41,402 nucleotides of DNA, from assembly GCA_039679545.1 (NCBI GenBank), contig JBDKUT010000062.1, positions 1-41,402 of the forward strand, given 5' to 3'. Shown one piece after another: positions 9,395-18,279 of the stretch. Position 1 is the first letter of the stretch. The number at the start of each line of letters is the position of its first letter. This stretch comes from Thermotogota bacterium. Lineage in GTDB: Bacteria > Bipolaricaulota > Bipolaricaulia > UBA7950 > UBA9294. The translations under genes were made by a program, and so were the position numbers. The notes below the pieces were generated by a model, which had not been told where the DNA came from, made no database searches, and was given only the letters and a program-made list of their open reading frames with translations.

Positions 9395-10315
9395 CTATCC
9401 CCCTATCGTCACCGGAAGGCTCGCCGCGGAGTGAACGGCCGCCGCCGCGCGCTCGACCGTCTCCGGGTCGGGCGGCAGCACCTCGGGGAGCGCATAGCGC
9501 CGCCCGAGGTGCTCGAACTTCCGCTCTCCTGCGACGTGGTACGGCAGGATCTGTACGGCCTCCACCCCGGGGAGCCGCGAGACGAACCTCCCAAGACCCA
9601 TGAGATCCTGCTCCGAGTCGTTCACCCCGGGAATCAACGGATACCGAATCCAGAGGTGTTTCCCCTCGCTCGACAGCCATCGGAGGTTCTCGAGGATCGT
9701 GGTGTTGGAGACGCCCGTCCATAGGCGGTGCCTCTCATCGTCAAGCAGCTTGACGTCGTACAGAAAGAGGTCGGTGTGCGCGGCCACCGCGGCCAAAGCC
9801 TCCTCGTCGGCGAAGCCGCAGGTGTCGACGGCCGTGTGAATCCGGCGCTCCTGGCACGCCCGCAATAGCTCGGCGGAGAACTCCGGCTGCGCCAGCGGCT
9901 CGCCCCCCGACAGCGTGATCCCCCCCCGCGACTGATCGTAGAAAAGTGCGTCGCGGTCGACTTCAGTTAGGAGGCCGTCGATCGTGCACGTCGTCCCCGT
10001 GATCGTTCGGGCGCGCGGGTTGCACACTGCGACACACGCGCCGCAGGCCGTGCAGCGGGTCCGGTCGGTCTCAGGCTTGGCGCCGCTCGCCGGGAGGACG
10101 ATCGCCCCATGGGGGCACGTCGAAACGCACGCCCCACAGCCAACACACCGCTCGTTCCAGAAGAGGAGCTCCGGCCCTCGTTCCTGGCTCTCCGGGTTAT
10201 GACACCAAGCACATCGCAACGGGCAACCCTTCAGGAAGACCGTGGTTCGCACACCAGGGCCGTCGTGAATGGCAAAGCGCTTGACGTCGAAGACAACCCC
10301 AACTCTTGGCGTCAT
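9395..10315 (-). CDS. Glycyl-radical enzyme activating enzyme (radical SAM, with ferredoxin insert)
   Basis: HDGPGVRTTVFLKGCPLRCAWCHNPES (CxxxCxxC), two CxxCxxCxxxC ferredoxin motifs and SGGEP. Directly upstream of the GRE. Confidence 0.93.
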   Translation of the reverse strand: MTPRVGVVFDVKRFAIHDGPGVRTTVFLKGCPLRCAWCHNPESQERGPELLFWNERCVGCGACVSTCPHGAIVLPASGAKPETDRTRCTACGACVAVCNPRARTITGTTCTIDGLLTEVDRDALFYDQSRGGITLSGGEPLAQPEFSAELLRACQERRIHTAVDTCGFADEEALAAVAAHTDLFLYDVKLLDDERHRLWTGVSNTTILENLRWLSSEGKHLWIRYPLIPGVNDSEQDLMGLGRFVSRLPGVEAVQILPYHVAGERKFEHLGRRYALPEVLPPDPETVERAAAAVHSAASLPVTIGG

Positions 10316-10330
10316 TACAGTGCCACTGCA
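10316..10330. promoter_or_regulatory. Palindromic operator copy 1 (TACAGTG-C-CACTGCA) abutting the activase start codon
   Basis: One-mismatch copy of the perfect palindrome at 10428-10442. Confidence 0.6.
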
Positions 10331-10381
10331 CACTCCGACGCGTCCATCTCCTTTGACTCGTGCTCGTTGATCCACGAAGAG

Positions 10382-10410
10382 ACGATACGCCGAGGCCCGG
10401 ACGGATGCAA
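10382..10410 (-). promoter_or_regulatory. Sigma70-type promoter for activase-hypD
   Basis: Minus strand TTGCAT (10405-10410), 17-bp spacer, TATCGT (10382-10387), lying between two copies of a palindrome. Confidence 0.55.
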
Positions 10411-10427
10411 GGGCACACGTCAGCTCT

Positions 10428-10442
10428 TGCAGTGCCACTGCA
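10428..10442. promoter_or_regulatory. Palindromic operator copy 2 (TGCAGTG-C-CACTGCA)
   Basis: Perfect 7-1-7 inverted repeat upstream of the predicted -35. Confidence 0.62.
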
Positions 10443-10467
10443 CGCCCATCGACCTCGACCAACCTGT

Positions 10468-12270
10468 CTACGACGTCTTCGAGACCTTGGGGGTCTTCCC
10501 CTTCAGCCCTTCCAGCTTCCCCGTGGAACCTGCAGAGTTTTCCCCGGCTCGCCGCCGCTCGGTCGCGCGCACGTCGACCACAACGGGGTCGCCCGTGAGC
10601 ACAACACCGTAGACGGAGCCCGCTGCCTCCCGGGACACATACCCGTTTTCGACGTCGGCTCGAACCTCCTCCAGGGGACGCGCCATCGGATCGCCGTAGC
10701 CGCCGCCCGTGCCTGTGATGAAGCGAACCAAGGTTCCGGCCGGCATGCTCTCCCCGGAAAGGCGGCCGCGTCGGTCGATCCGGCCGTCGGGGTAGTAGAC
10801 CTCAACCCGGTTTTGGGATCCGTCCTGTCCACCCGCGAATCCCCACGGCGGATACAGGTGGCGGCCGAAGCTTGCAGTCACCGACGCACGGGAGTTGCAA
10901 ATGCGGTAGTCCTTGACGATGCCCAAACCGCCGCGTCGCGCTCCGTGTCCGGCATCCGCAGCGTGAAGCGCGAACTGCTCTACAAGGAGCGGGTAGCGCG
11001 TCTCGGCGACCTCGGCGGACAGGATGTACGTCTCGCCGTCGTTCGTGCAGACGAGGGCGCTCTCCCCGTCCTTTCCCGCCGCCGCGCCCCATCCCCCCGC
11101 ATTGGGCTCAACGGAAAAGAACCACTTTCCCGTCTCGTCGGAGATTCCACTGACGGTGGTGCCGCAGACTGAGAGGAAGTGGCCAGCGGGAATCCGGTCC
11201 GGAAGCGCCGCCGCAAGCGCTCTCCAGATGACGTCCCCGGAGTACGCGTCCGACTCCCAGTAGGTGCTGATGGGGGCCGGGCGCCTCGGATTGAACACCG
11301 TGTCCTCGGGCACGACGATGCGAAGGGGAGCGAAGAAGCCCTCGTTCGGCGCCGCGTGGGGCGACAGAACGCTTTGGTACGCGAACTTCACCGTGCTGAT
11401 CAGAACAGACAACGGACAGTTGATCGGCCCGGCGCACGTCTTGCCGGTCCCTGTGAAGTCGACGACAAACTCGTCGTCGCTGAGAGTGACGCGAACGTGC
11501 ACGGGGACCGGGTCACCTCCAAGTCCGTCGTCGTCGATGAACTCCTCGGCTTCGTAGACGCCGTGAGGCAGAGACCGAAGCTCCGCCAGGGCGTGACGTC
11601 GGCCCTGATCGATCGAAATCTCGATCGCCTCGAGCACGCCCTCGACGCCGAACTTCCCGCATAGCTCGGCCACGCGGCGGGCGGCGACTTGGAGCGACGC
11701 CGCCTGGGCACGCATGTCACCGAGGGTCAGCTCGGGAGCTCGCACGTTGCGGGCCACCATTTCGACGATGTCCTCGACCTCCTCGCCCGCGGAAACGAGC
11801 CGGACGGCGGGAAACTGGATTCCTTCCTGGTAGATGTCGGTCGCGCTCGGAGACCAACTCCCCGGATCTTTCCCGCCGACGTCGTTCCAGTGCGCTTTGC
11901 TCGCCGCGAACAGCACCAACTCGCCGTCAAAGAAGACGGGGGCGACAAGGACGACGTCGTTCTGATGCGTGGCGCCGCCCATGTACGGGTCGTTGGTCAT
12001 GAACACGTCCCCGGGCCGGATGCGCCCGTGAAACTTCGCGAGCACGTCGCGTACGGCGTCGGTCAACACTCCAATGAACGGCGGGATGCCGTTCGCCTGT
12101 GCGACCATGCGGCCCGTGCGATCGACCACGGCACATCCGTAGTCGAGGACCTCGTAGATGACGGAGCTCTTCGCGGTGCGTCCGAGCGCCACGAACATCT
12201 GCTCTGCCGCGGAGACCAACGCCCGCTTGATGACTTCGACGGTGAAGAGGTCGACGGTACACGCGGTCAT
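10468..12270 (-). CDS. Hydantoinase B/oxoprolinase family protein (copy 2)
   Basis: SSVIYEVLDY, TNDPYMGGATHQND, AHWNDVGG, YQEG, RGGLG and TGTGGGYGDP motifs. Start MTACTVD overlaps the upstream A-subunit stop. Confidence 0.92.
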   Translation of the reverse strand: MTACTVDLFTVEVIKRALVSAAEQMFVALGRTAKSSVIYEVLDYGCAVVDRTGRMVAQANGIPPFIGVLTDAVRDVLAKFHGRIRPGDVFMTNDPYMGGATHQNDVVLVAPVFFDGELVLFAASKAHWNDVGGKDPGSWSPSATDIYQEGIQFPAVRLVSAGEEVEDIVEMVARNVRAPELTLGDMRAQAASLQVAARRVAELCGKFGVEGVLEAIEISIDQGRRHALAELRSLPHGVYEAEEFIDDDGLGGDPVPVHVRVTLSDDEFVVDFTGTGKTCAGPINCPLSVLISTVKFAYQSVLSPHAAPNEGFFAPLRIVVPEDTVFNPRRPAPISTYWESDAYSGDVIWRALAAALPDRIPAGHFLSVCGTTVSGISDETGKWFFSVEPNAGGWGAAAGKDGESALVCTNDGETYILSAEVAETRYPLLVEQFALHAADAGHGARRGGLGIVKDYRICNSRASVTASFGRHLYPPWGFAGGQDGSQNRVEVYYPDGRIDRRGRLSGESMPAGTLVRFITGTGGGYGDPMARPLEEVRADVENGYVSREAAGSVYGVVLTGDPVVVDVRATERRRAGENSAGSTGKLEGLKGKTPKVSKTS

Positions 12271-14315
12271 GGGGTGACCTCCTCGGCGAGGATCAGATTG
12301 CCGAACCGGTCTCGCCGCAAGGTTTGTCCCGGGAGGACGATCGTCGTCGCCGCTGGCTCCTCGATGACGGCGGGGCCTTCGATCTCCCGGTCGACGGGGA
12401 TCCGATCCCGCTCGAAGACCCGGGCGCTCACCCACCCGAGACCTTCATACTGCACGCGGCGGTCCTTCTTGCGCGCCACGGAGAGCGGGGCTGACCCTCC
12501 GCCCACTTCACGGAGCGACGGCTTGCGCACGGTTCCCCACGCCGCCACGTGGTAGTTGACAACCTCGACGGGATCGGCGAGCCGGAACACATACGCACGC
12601 TCGTGCAGGCCATGGAAGCGCTCGAGGAGGCGGTCGAGGTCGTCGTCGTCGTGAATCGGCGTCAGGACGGTGTGCTCTTGACCCGCGTAGCGCAGATCGA
12701 CGTAAAGCTGTGCCCAGGCTCGCTCGACGACGACGCGCTCCTCCGCGAAGCCTCGCAGAGCCTCGGAGGCCAGATCGCCGATCTCGGAACGGACGTGCTC
12801 CCACGTCGCGGGGGTGCACGGCGTGACACAGGTTCGGACGAAGTCCTGCCGCAGGTCGGTGAGGAGCATTCCCCACGCGGAGAATTGGCCCGGCGCCGCG
12901 GGAACGAGGATTGTGCCGACGTGGAGCTGCCGCGCGAGCGACGACGCGTGGAGTCCGCCGGCGCCTCCGTAGGCGACGAGAGCAAAGTCGCGCGGGTCGT
13001 GGCCGCGCTCCACCGTAACGCGCTCAAGCGCGGCTTGCATGTTGGCGTTGACCAGACGCAAGATTCCCATCGCCGCGTCGTCTACGCCGAGACCGACCTG
13101 TTCGCCGAGCGTCGCGACCGCACGGCGCGCGTTTTCCCCATTGAGGGTCATCCGCCCACCGAGGAAGTAGCCGGCGTCGAGTCGGCCGACGACAAGGTTC
13201 GCATCCGTTACCGTAGGCAGGTCCCCTCCGCGGTTGTAGCACGCGGGACCAGGACTCGCCCCCGCGCTCCGCGGGCCGACGTGAAGCCCGCCTCCCTCGT
13301 CGAGCCACGCAATGGATCCCCCGCCAGCGCCGACCTCGACGATGTCGACGACGGGGATGCGAAGCGGATAGCCGGCCCACGTTTGTGACCGCTCGAGGTG
13401 GTAATCGGTGCGGATCGCGACGTCTCCGGACTCGATCACGCTGACCTTGGCGGTGGTTCCGCCCATGTCGAAGGCGATGCAGTTCGCAAGGCCGGCTTGT
13501 CGAGCCACGGCGGCCGCTCCGATGATCCCGCCGACGGGCCCCGACTCGACAAGGTGGATCGGCAGCCGCCGCGATCGTCCGAAGCTGCTCGTCCCCCCGT
13601 TCGACTGCATTGCCAGCATCGAGCCCCGCAGGCCGCGAGCCTCGAGCTGCTCCGCCAATGAAGCGAGGTAGGCGTCTGCCACGGGGCGCACATAGGCGTT
13701 CAAAACGGTGGTGTTCGTTCGCTCGTACTCCCGCCACTCGCGCGTCAATTCATAGGACGCGGAGACCGGAATCCCCGGGCAGGCTTCCTCTAGGAGGCAC
13801 TTCGCTCGCTCCTCGTGCTCGACGTGCGCGTAGGCGTGGAGGAAACAGATCGCGATCGCCTCGACGCCTCTGCGCCGGCACGCGGCGGCGACTTCGAGCA
13901 CGTCCTCTTCGCACAGGGGCTCGAGAACTTCGCCCTTCCAGGTGACGCGCTCGCGAACCTCGAATCGCAGGGCCCGCGGCACGAACGGCGAGGGCTTGCG
14001 GTAGAGGAGGTTGTACATGTCGGTCCGGTTCGCCCGCTGGATCTCGAGAACATCACGAAAGCCCCGCGTCGTGACGAGCGCGACGCGGCACCCCGTTCGC
14101 TCGGTCAGTGCGTTGATCACCACGGTTGTTCCGTGGACAAACTGGGAGACGTCCGCAAGGTCGATGTCCCCCTGAGCGATCGCGTCGAGGACGCCGTCGG
14201 CAAAGTTCCCGGGCGTCGTCAACGTCTTGCCAAGGTCGAGCGCGCCGGTGGACTCGTCAAGAGCGACCAGATCCGTGAACGTGCCCCCGATGTCGACGGC
14301 AAGCCTTCTGCTCAC
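12267..14315 (-). CDS. Hydantoinase A/oxoprolinase family protein (copy 2), ATP-binding subunit
   Basis: VDIGGTFTD, HGTT, EYERTNTT, ESGPVGG, DMGGTT, GAGGGS, PGPACY, TVTDANL, YGGAG. Confidence 0.94.
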   Translation of the reverse strand: MSRRLAVDIGGTFTDLVALDESTGALDLGKTLTTPGNFADGVLDAIAQGDIDLADVSQFVHGTTVVINALTERTGCRVALVTTRGFRDVLEIQRANRTDMYNLLYRKPSPFVPRALRFEVRERVTWKGEVLEPLCEEDVLEVAAACRRRGVEAIAICFLHAYAHVEHEERAKCLLEEACPGIPVSASYELTREWREYERTNTTVLNAYVRPVADAYLASLAEQLEARGLRGSMLAMQSNGGTSSFGRSRRLPIHLVESGPVGGIIGAAAVARQAGLANCIAFDMGGTTAKVSVIESGDVAIRTDYHLERSQTWAGYPLRIPVVDIVEVGAGGGSIAWLDEGGGLHVGPRSAGASPGPACYNRGGDLPTVTDANLVVGRLDAGYFLGGRMTLNGENARRAVATLGEQVGLGVDDAAMGILRLVNANMQAALERVTVERGHDPRDFALVAYGGAGGLHASSLARQLHVGTILVPAAPGQFSAWGMLLTDLRQDFVRTCVTPCTPATWEHVRSEIGDLASEALRGFAEERVVVERAWAQLYVDLRYAGQEHTVLTPIHDDDDLDRLLERFHGLHERAYVFRLADPVEVVNYHVAAWGTVRKPSLREVGGGSAPLSVARKKDRRVQYEGLGWVSARVFERDRIPVDREIEGPAVIEEPAATTIVLPGQTLRRDRFGNLILAEEVTP

Positions 14316-15292
14316 GCCGATGCCTCCCGCTGCGACGGGTACAGGTGACAGCGAACCACGTGACCCGGCGCGACCTCGACCGTTCCCGGGTCGATCTTGT
14401 CGCAGACGTCAAGGCGGCTCGGGCAGCGCGAGTGGAAGCTGCATCCGGGAGGGATGTTGACGGGGCTCGGGATTTCGCCGCGCGAGATCCCCTTGGCCGG
14501 CTTTAGGCTCTCCTCCTCGTCCGAGACCACCGGAATCGAGGAGAGAAGCATCTTCGTGTACGGATGAAGCGGCGTCTGGAAGAAGTCGGCTGTGTTCGCG
14601 ATTTCGCTCAGCTTGCCGAGGTACATGATCGCAACCCGCGAGGCGACGTTTCGCATGAGCGACATGTCGTGGGTGATGAACAAGTAGGTTAGCCCCATCT
14701 CCTTCTGCAACCCAAGAAGGAGGTTGATGATCTTCGCCTGAACCGAGACATCGAGCGCCGACGTCGGCTCGTCGAGAACAACGAACGAGGGGTCGGTCGC
14801 CAGAGCGCGGGCAATGGCAACCATCTGCTTCTCGCCGCCCCCGATCGACTGCGGGTGCTTGTAGAGATACTCGGCCGGCGGAAGCTCGACGCGTTCGAGC
14901 AGCGCGCCGATTCGCGCCAATTGCTCGCGTCCCGAGGCCATGCGGTGAACGGCGAGCGGCGTCGCCAGGATCTGCTTGATCGTCCGCTTCGGATTGAGCG
15001 ACGAACCGGGGTCCTGGAATACGATTCGGATCTCACGCTTCAGGTCCTTGCCGCGCTTCGCCGCCGTGGCGCCGATGGACTGCCCGTGGAACAGGATGTC
15101 GCCTGTCGTGGGAGCGTAGATTCCAACCACGCACTGCGCGGTCGTCGTCTTTCCCGACCCGGATTCACCGACCAGCCCGAGGGTATCGCCCGGCGCCATC
15201 TGAAAGTCGATGGCGTCGACGGCGCGCACGGTGCCTCGCTTCGTGGGGAAGAACTTTGTCAGTCCGCGAGCTTCGAGGATGGGTTCGGTCAT
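14312..15292 (-). CDS. Oligopeptide ABC transporter ATP-binding protein (OppF-like)
   Basis: GESGSGKT, VLDEPTSALD, ITHD, HPYT and GCSFHSRC. Signature is the atypical SIGGGEKQ. Confidence 0.92.
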   Translation of the reverse strand: MTEPILEARGLTKFFPTKRGTVRAVDAIDFQMAPGDTLGLVGESGSGKTTTAQCVVGIYAPTTGDILFHGQSIGATAAKRGKDLKREIRIVFQDPGSSLNPKRTIKQILATPLAVHRMASGREQLARIGALLERVELPPAEYLYKHPQSIGGGEKQMVAIARALATDPSFVVLDEPTSALDVSVQAKIINLLLGLQKEMGLTYLFITHDMSLMRNVASRVAIMYLGKLSEIANTADFFQTPLHPYTKMLLSSIPVVSDEEESLKPAKGISRGEIPSPVNIPPGCSFHSRCPSRLDVCDKIDPGTVEVAPGHVVRCHLYPSQREASA

Positions 15293-16290
15293 GACGGGGA
15301 CCTCCGGTACAGGTAGCAGGCTGCGCGCTGGTCGGCTCCGACGTCGAACATCGGTGGTACCTCGACGGAGCACTCGGGCATTCGGTGGGGGCAGCGCGGG
15401 TGGAATCGGCATCCCGACGGCGGAGCAAGGTAGTTCGGGATCCGCCCGGGGATTCCCTCGCTGACACCGCGCCCCGTGAGGCGAGGCACGCTCGCCATCA
15501 ACCCCTGCGTGTACGGGTGCTTCGGCGACGCGAGCAGTTGCCGCGTAGGACCGGTCTCCACGATCGAGCCAGCGTACATGATGTAGATGCGCTGCGTCAG
15601 GTCGCGGACCACGCCCATCGAGTGCGTGATCATGAGGACGGACGAGCCCTTCTGGTCGACGAGCCGATCGAGCTTGCGAAGAATCTGATCCTGGATCGTG
15701 ACGTCGAGGTTGGTGGTCGGCTCATCGGCGAGAAGGAGCCGCGCGGTCGTTGACAGGGCCTCCGCAATGCAGACGCGTTGGCGCATTCCGCCCGACAACT
15801 GGATCGGGTAGTTCGACATGATGCGCTCCGGATCCGGCATCCCCGTCTCCTCAAGCGCCTGGATGCAGCGCGCTTCGATCTCCCGCCGCGAGAGGGACTT
15901 CCCCTCAGGGGTGCGCATCGAGTCGCGAACGATGTCGCGAAGCTGTGAGCCGACCGTGAACACCGGGTTGAGCGACTGCAGAGGGTCCTGGAAGATGGCG
16001 GTCAACTCCTCCCGACGCAACACGTGGAGCGCGTGTCGGTGCATTCGGAGGATGTCCCGGCCACGGTAGAGAATCTCCCCGCCGGTTACCCTCGCGGGAG
16101 GGATCGGAAGCACGCGCAATACAGACTTCACGGTTGTCGTCTTCCCGCAACCCGTCTCGCCGACGAGGCCGACCCGCTCGCCCTCGTGAACGGCCAGCGT
16201 GACGCCGGTCAGGACCCGAAGATGGCCTTCGAAGATGCGGAAACCGACGTGGAGGTCACGTATTTCGAGAAGAGACAAGGAGTTGGGCAT
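15289..16290 (-). CDS. Oligopeptide ABC transporter ATP-binding protein (OppD-like)
   Basis: GETGCGKT, LSGGMRQR, LADEPTT, HPYT and GCRFHPRC. Start MPNSLSLLE at 16290. Confidence 0.93.
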   Translation of the reverse strand: MPNSLSLLEIRDLHVGFRIFEGHLRVLTGVTLAVHEGERVGLVGETGCGKTTTVKSVLRVLPIPPARVTGGEILYRGRDILRMHRHALHVLRREELTAIFQDPLQSLNPVFTVGSQLRDIVRDSMRTPEGKSLSRREIEARCIQALEETGMPDPERIMSNYPIQLSGGMRQRVCIAEALSTTARLLLADEPTTNLDVTIQDQILRKLDRLVDQKGSSVLMITHSMGVVRDLTQRIYIMYAGSIVETGPTRQLLASPKHPYTQGLMASVPRLTGRGVSEGIPGRIPNYLAPPSGCRFHPRCPHRMPECSVEVPPMFDVGADQRAACYLYRRSPS

Positions 16291-17186
16291 CACACATCCT
16301 CCACGGCAAAGACGTCGCGCAGGCCGTCTCCAATGAGGTTGAACGCGAGAATGACGATCACGATGGCGAGCGCGGGGAAGATCGTCGACCACCACTCCGC
16401 GGGAAGGCGTTTCGCGCCCTCGGCAACCATCGTCCCGAGCGCAGGCTTGGGCGGTTGCACACCCAACCCGACGAAGCTCAGCGTCGACTCGATGAGGATG
16501 ACGAGGCCCATGTCGAGCGTCATCTTGGTCATGATCGGGGCGAAGCAGTTGGGGAGGATCTCGCGGAACAGGATGTGCGCCTGGCTCGCTCCGGTGAGCT
16601 CTGCCTCCTTGACGAAGTACTCGTTGCGTAGGGAAGAGGCGAGCGAGAACACGAGGCGCGAGTACCACGGCCACCAGACGAGGGCGATCGCCATCATCTG
16701 GTTGATCAGGTTCGGCGTCAGCATCGCCGTGATGGCGAGGGCCAAGACCAGCGGAGGCACCGCGAGGAAGACGTCGGTGACCCTCATGATCACCACCTCG
16801 ACCCACGTCCCGCGGCGGTATCCGGCGATGAGCCCCAGGATGACTCCGGGGGCCACACCGAGGCCCAGGACGACGACGCCGATCAGGAGCGAGAACCGAT
16901 ACCCGAACAGGATTCGACTGAAGATGTCGCGACCGATACGATCGGTCCCGAAGAAGTGCTGCGCGCTCGGGGCCTGACTTGCCTCACGGAAGTTCGTGTA
17001 CGCCTTGGCGTGCCCGGGGTACGGGGCGATGTACGGCGCGAAGATGGCCACGAGCACGATCAGGACGAGGACGACCAATCCGATCACGGAGAGCGGGTTG
17101 CGCGAGAACTTGTACCAGCCGTGGGCGAGGTTGCGCTTCCGCTGTCGCCATGCGGCCAGGAGGTTGGCCTTTGTCGAGTCTTGCAT
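16290..17186 (-). CDS. Oligopeptide ABC transporter permease (OppC/DppC-like)
   Basis: HFFGTDRIGRD, EAA-like loop YFVKEAELTGAS, LSFVGLG and multiple TM helices. Confidence 0.93.
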   Translation of the reverse strand: MQDSTKANLLAAWRQRKRNLAHGWYKFSRNPLSVIGLVVLVLIVLVAIFAPYIAPYPGHAKAYTNFREASQAPSAQHFFGTDRIGRDIFSRILFGYRFSLLIGVVVLGLGVAPGVILGLIAGYRRGTWVEVVIMRVTDVFLAVPPLVLALAITAMLTPNLINQMMAIALVWWPWYSRLVFSLASSLRNEYFVKEAELTGASQAHILFREILPNCFAPIMTKMTLDMGLVILIESTLSFVGLGVQPPKPALGTMVAEGAKRLPAEWWSTIFPALAIVIVILAFNLIGDGLRDVFAVEDV

Positions 17187-17189
17187 GGC

Positions 17190-18209
17190 CTACGCACCTC
17201 CCTGTCGAAGGCGAACGGTCGGATCGAGGAACATGATGATCACGTCGACGAGAAGATTCACGAGAGCGAACGTGACTCCGATCACGAGGACCACGGCGAC
17301 GATCGCGTTGAGGTCCTTGTTGAGCATCGCCGTCATGGCGTAGCGCGAAAACCCCGGCCACATGTAGACGGTCTCGACAAGGAACGCGTTCGACATCAGG
17401 AAGGCGAAGTCCAGGCCCATGACCGTGACCGTCGGGATGATCGACGGGCGAAGCAGGTACTTGAACAGAATCCGCCTTGTGTTGATCCCGTGGACCCGGT
17501 GAAGCGTGATGTAGTCCTTCTGCATCGTCTCGACAATCGACGTCCGCGTGATCCGTCCCTCCTGAGCGATGTGGATCACGGAGAGACTGAACGCTGGCAG
17601 AAGCAGGTGCTTGAGAGCCGTCAGGGTCACATCGGGACGGCCCGCCAAGAGGCCATCGATGATCATGAACCCCGTTCGCGCTGGAGGAGCCTGCATCATG
17701 ATCGGGATTCTGCCGATCCCCGGCGCCAGCTTGAGTACCTGGCTGAACACGAAGAGAAGGAGAATGGCGATCACGAACGCCGGCGTCGCGATCCCCAAGT
17801 ATGAGACAAGACGAGACGCTCCATCGAACCACGAGTTGCGGAAGTACCCGGCGAGCACCCCGGTCACCTGCCCGAAGATGAAGGAGATCAAAGTCGCAAA
17901 CAGGATCAACTCCAGCGTGGCCGGAAGGTACTGGGCCAAGTCGGTCGTCACCGGCCGCCGCGTGTATGAGGACACCCCCAGATCGCCGTGCAGCAGGGAT
18001 CGGAGCCAGTAGTAGTACTGGACAGGAAAGGGGTCGTTAAGGTGCATCTGCTCCCGCACCCGCTCTACCTGTTCCTGCGTTGCCAGAAGGCCGAGAGCCT
18101 GACGGGCGGGGTCACCCGGGACCACTCGGGCGATGAAGAAGATGAGAAGCGAGAGGCCAAAAAGAACGAACACCGACTGCAGGAGCCTGAGACCGATGTA
18201 CTTGGCCAT
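17190..18209 (-). CDS. Oligopeptide ABC transporter permease (OppB/DppB-like)
   Basis: PGDPA, GDLGVS, LPATLEL, VETVYMWPG and TM helices. Confidence 0.93.
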   Translation of the reverse strand: MAKYIGLRLLQSVFVLFGLSLLIFFIARVVPGDPARQALGLLATQEQVERVREQMHLNDPFPVQYYYWLRSLLHGDLGVSSYTRRPVTTDLAQYLPATLELILFATLISFIFGQVTGVLAGYFRNSWFDGASRLVSYLGIATPAFVIAILLLFVFSQVLKLAPGIGRIPIMMQAPPARTGFMIIDGLLAGRPDVTLTALKHLLLPAFSLSVIHIAQEGRITRTSIVETMQKDYITLHRVHGINTRRILFKYLLRPSIIPTVTVMGLDFAFLMSNAFLVETVYMWPGFSRYAMTAMLNKDLNAIVAVVLVIGVTFALVNLLVDVIIMFLDPTVRLRQGGA

Positions 18210-18240
18210 GCTGTCCTTGCGCTCGGTTTCGAGCGACGAA

Positions 18241-18270
18241 GGAGGGCGAGACCCGCAGGTCTCGCCCTCC
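18241..18270. terminator. Perfect 13-bp stem-loop between binding-protein and permease genes (partial terminator or mRNA stabiliser)
   Basis: GGAGGGCGAGACC-cgca-GGTCTCGCCCTCC, at the typical position downstream of an ABC solute-binding gene. Confidence 0.65.
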
Positions 18271-18279
18271 CGTTGCGGG

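Noticed and set aside
10316..10462. N-terminal extension of the activase to 10462
   Set aside because: This interval contains the promoter and palindromes. Family homology starts at MTPRVGVVFDVKRF (10315).
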